DNA of 64,000 bases, taken from Mobula hypostoma (Eukaryota). Position numbers and translations under genes: made by a program. The stretch is taken from the NCBI RefSeq assembly GCF_963921235.1, contig NC_086125.1:7936001-8000000 (forward strand), read 5' to 3'. A model generated the notes under the pieces. The model had not been told where the DNA came from. It saw nothing but the letters and a program-made list of their open reading frames with translations, and ran no database searches. Below are positions 60,945 through 64,000 of this stretch, in pieces (within the stretch, counting starts at the first letter, position 1; the number at the start of each line of letters is the position of its first letter).

Positions 60945-61695
60945 AGACGATAAGACCATAACACAAAGGAGCAGAAGTCAGCCATTCGGCCCATCGAGTC
61001 TGCTCCGCCATTTTATCATAAGCTGATCCATTCTCCCATTTAGTCCCACTGCCCTGCCTTCTCACCATAACCTTTGATGCCCTGGCTACTCAGATACCTA
61101 TCAATCTCTGCCTTAAATACACCTAAAGACTTGGCCTCCACTGCCGCCCGTGGCAACAAATTCCATAGATTCACCACCCTCTGACTAAAATTAAAAAAAT
61201 TTCTTTGCATTTCTGTTCTGAATGGGTGCGTTTCAATCCTTAAGTCATGCCCTCTCGTACTAGACTCCCCCATCATGGGAAACAACTTTGCCACATCCAC
61301 TCTGTCCATGCCTTTCAACATTCGAAATGTTTCTATGAGGTCTCCCCTCACTCTTCTAAACTCCAAGTAATACAGTCCAAGAGCAGACAAACATTCCTCA
61401 TATGTTAACCCTCTCATTCCCTGAATCATTCGAGTGAATTTTCTCTGTACTCTCTCCAACGTCAGCACATCCTTTCTTAAATAAGGAGACCAAAACTGCC
61501 CACAGTACTCCAAGTGAGGTCTCACCAGCCCCTTATAGAGCCTCAACATCACATCCCTGCTCCTATACTGTATTCCTCTAGAAATGAATGCCAACATTGC
61601 ATTTGCCTTCTTTACCACTGACTCAATCTGGAGGTTAACCTCAAGGGTATCCTGTACGAGGACTCCCAAGTCCCGTTGCTTCTCAGAACTTTGAA
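60945..61695 (-). mobile_element. Well-preserved CR1 LINE 3' end
   Basis: QRDLGVLV, VKKANAMLAFI, LVRPHLEYC, RGDLIETF, FFSQRVVNLWN; 3' UTR ending in (tcttatg)-like tail. Confidence 0.9.
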
Positions 61696-62309
61696 TTGCC
61701 ACCTCATACATGGCAATATCTTTCTATTCAGGTTACTTTTTATTTCTCCTTTAAATGTTCTGTTATCAGGTGTGTTTGGAACAAAAGATGGCATGATCAC
61801 TTGTTCTGTCCTCTTTTTTCTGAATACACAGCAAGACAATGTGAAGCCCCACTGCTGGACATTCAGGATCTGATCTGTGATCCTGTCAGTAAGTGCAGTC
61901 CTGTTGGTCTGTACACTTGGTTAAAATCTACATCATGCCACCATTGTACAAGTCATAACTTGCAGATGCTTGCATAACTCATAGTGAAACAAAATTAGAT
62001 GAAAATTTGACTGAAATTCTTATTCCTTAGGTGCTGTGGTTTCTTAGTGTCAGAGCTGAACGTTTCAAACCGACAACAGGCTGGAAAGGAAGCCTTGAGG
62101 AGTTAGTTTACTTGACAAAGAGACTTCTGGTCTGTATTAGTGCTATGTGTTACACCTGTTACCACGTCAGCACATTAACAGCAAGACGACTCTAGTGCAG
62201 CTCAAATGGTGTGAAGATTAGTGGAAAACTAGATAACAGGTTTTAACATGCTGAAAAACTCAATACAAAACTTGTTCTGCTAAGGGTTAGTTCAGAATAA
62301 GAATCAGGT

Positions 62310-64000
62310 TTAATATTGCTGGCATATGTCGTGAAATGTGTTAAATTTACAGCAGCAGTACAATGAAATACATGACAAATAAACAGAGAGAATTAAACTG
62401 AGTTACAGTAAGTTTATATATGTCTATTAAATAGTTACGTTAAAACAAGTAGTGCAAAAAACAAGTAAAAAAGTACTGAGGCAGTGTTCATGAACTCAAT
62501 GTCCATTTAGGAATCAGATGGCAGAGGGGAAGAAGCTGTTCCTGAATCACTGAGTGTGTGCCTTCAGGCTCCTGTACCTCCTACCTGATGGTAGCAATGA
62601 GAAGAGGGCATGCCCTGGGTGGTAAGGACTCTCAGTGATGGACTCCGCCTTCCGAAGGCACCACTCTTTGAAGATGTCTTGGATACCACGATGGTTGATG
62701 CCCAGGATGGAATTGACTAATTTTACAAGTTCCTGCAACTTATTTCAATCCTGTGCTGTAGCCACCCCACCCCCCACCATCCCAGATGGTGGGAAGCCAG
62801 TTAGAATGCTCTCCGTGGTACATTTGTAGAAATTTATTTGACAAACCAAATCTCCTCAAACTCCTAATGAAGTATAGCCACTGTCTTGCCTTCTTTACAG
62901 CTGCATCAATATGTTGGGTCCAGGTTAGATCCTCACAGATATTAACACCCATGAACTTGAAATTGCTCACTCTCTCCACTTCTGATCCCTCTATGAGGAT
63001 TGGTTTGTGCTCCTTCGCCTCACCCTTCACAATCAGCTCTCTGGTATCGGTGATGTTGAGTGCAATGTTGTTGCAAACTGGTATACCTCACTCCTGTACA
63101 CCCTCATCTCCATCTGAAATTCTGCCAACAATGGTTGTATCATCAGTAAATTTAGAATGCTGTTTGAGCTATGCTAGCCACACTGTCATGGGTGTAGAGA
63201 GAGTAGAGCAGTGGGCCAAGAAACATATTCCTGTGTAAACTGTCAGTGAGGTGGAGATGTCACTTCCAATCAGCACAGATGTGGCCTTTCATAGGAAGTC
63301 GAGAATCCAGTTGCACAGGGAGGTACAGAGTCCGAGGTCTTGTAGCTTTTCGATCAGGACTGTAGGAATGATGGTGTTAAATGCTGAGCTACAGTCAATG
63401 AACAGCATTCTGACATTAGTATTTGCGTTGTCCAGGACATCCAAGGCTGCCTGGAGAGCCATTCAGATCACATCTGTTGTCGACCTGTTGTGGCTGTAGG
63501 CAAATTGCAGTGGGTCCAGGTTTTTCCTGAGCCAGGTGCTGATTCTAGCCGTGACCAACCTCTCAAAGTATTTCATCACCGTACATGCACATGTGAGCTC
63601 TACTGGACGATAGTCATTGAGGCATCTCACACAGCCCTTCTTGGACACTGGTATAATTGTTGCCCTTTTGCAGCATGTGGGAAATTCTGACCGTAACAAT
63701 GAAGGATTGAAAATGTCTTTGAGCACTCCTGCCAGTTGTTGGCTCAGGTTTTCAGAGCCTGGCCTGGGACTCCATTGGGCCCTGCTTCCTTGTGAGGGTT
63801 CACCCTCTTTAAAGACAGCCTGATGCCAGCCTCTGAGACAGACATCACAGTGGCATCGGATGCTACGGGTTTTCTCATAGCTGTGGTTTTATTTTCATTT
63901 TCAAAGCGAGCATAAAAGGTGTTGACTCGTCTGGTACTGAAGCATCACTGCCATTCATAATGTTGGGTTTTGCTTTGTAGGAAATAATATCCTGCAGCCC
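62310..64000 (-). mobile_element. Rex1/Babar-type LINE; 62856-64000 is a near-identical copy of 1-1145
   Basis: Identical ORF breakpoints at a constant offset of 62,855 bp. Confidence 0.9.

Overview
Repeat-rich vertebrate genomic DNA, most likely a cartilaginous fish (inferred from V-SINEs, CR1/Rex1 LINEs and abundant Penelope-like elements). Most ORF-track entries are transposon debris or antisense noise. One host gene can be rebuilt by hand on the minus strand: an 11-exon ICAM/VCAM-family type I membrane protein (CDS 45280->11231, 2844 nt, 947 aa). It has a signal peptide, nine Ig domains on phase-1 exons, and a TM plus short tail. The nine domains come from an internal tandem duplication of about 13 kb (13940-26700 vs 26711-39838). 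One breakpoint sits at the centre of a Penelope inverted repeat. One copy later lost an Ig exon, and a ~0.9 kb tract was re-homogenised. Mobile elements include a Gmr1-type Gypsy (integrase before RT), a decayed full-length L1 with a second L1 nested inside, a non-autonomous LTR element with Tf1/sushi-type self-priming complementarity, solo LTRs, a Tc1 fragment, and Penelope repeats carrying minimal hammerhead ribozyme motifs. The first ~1.1 kb of the window recurs at the end at an offset of 62,855 bp, suggesting a larger tandem unit containing the whole gene. All coordinates and alignments were made by eye.
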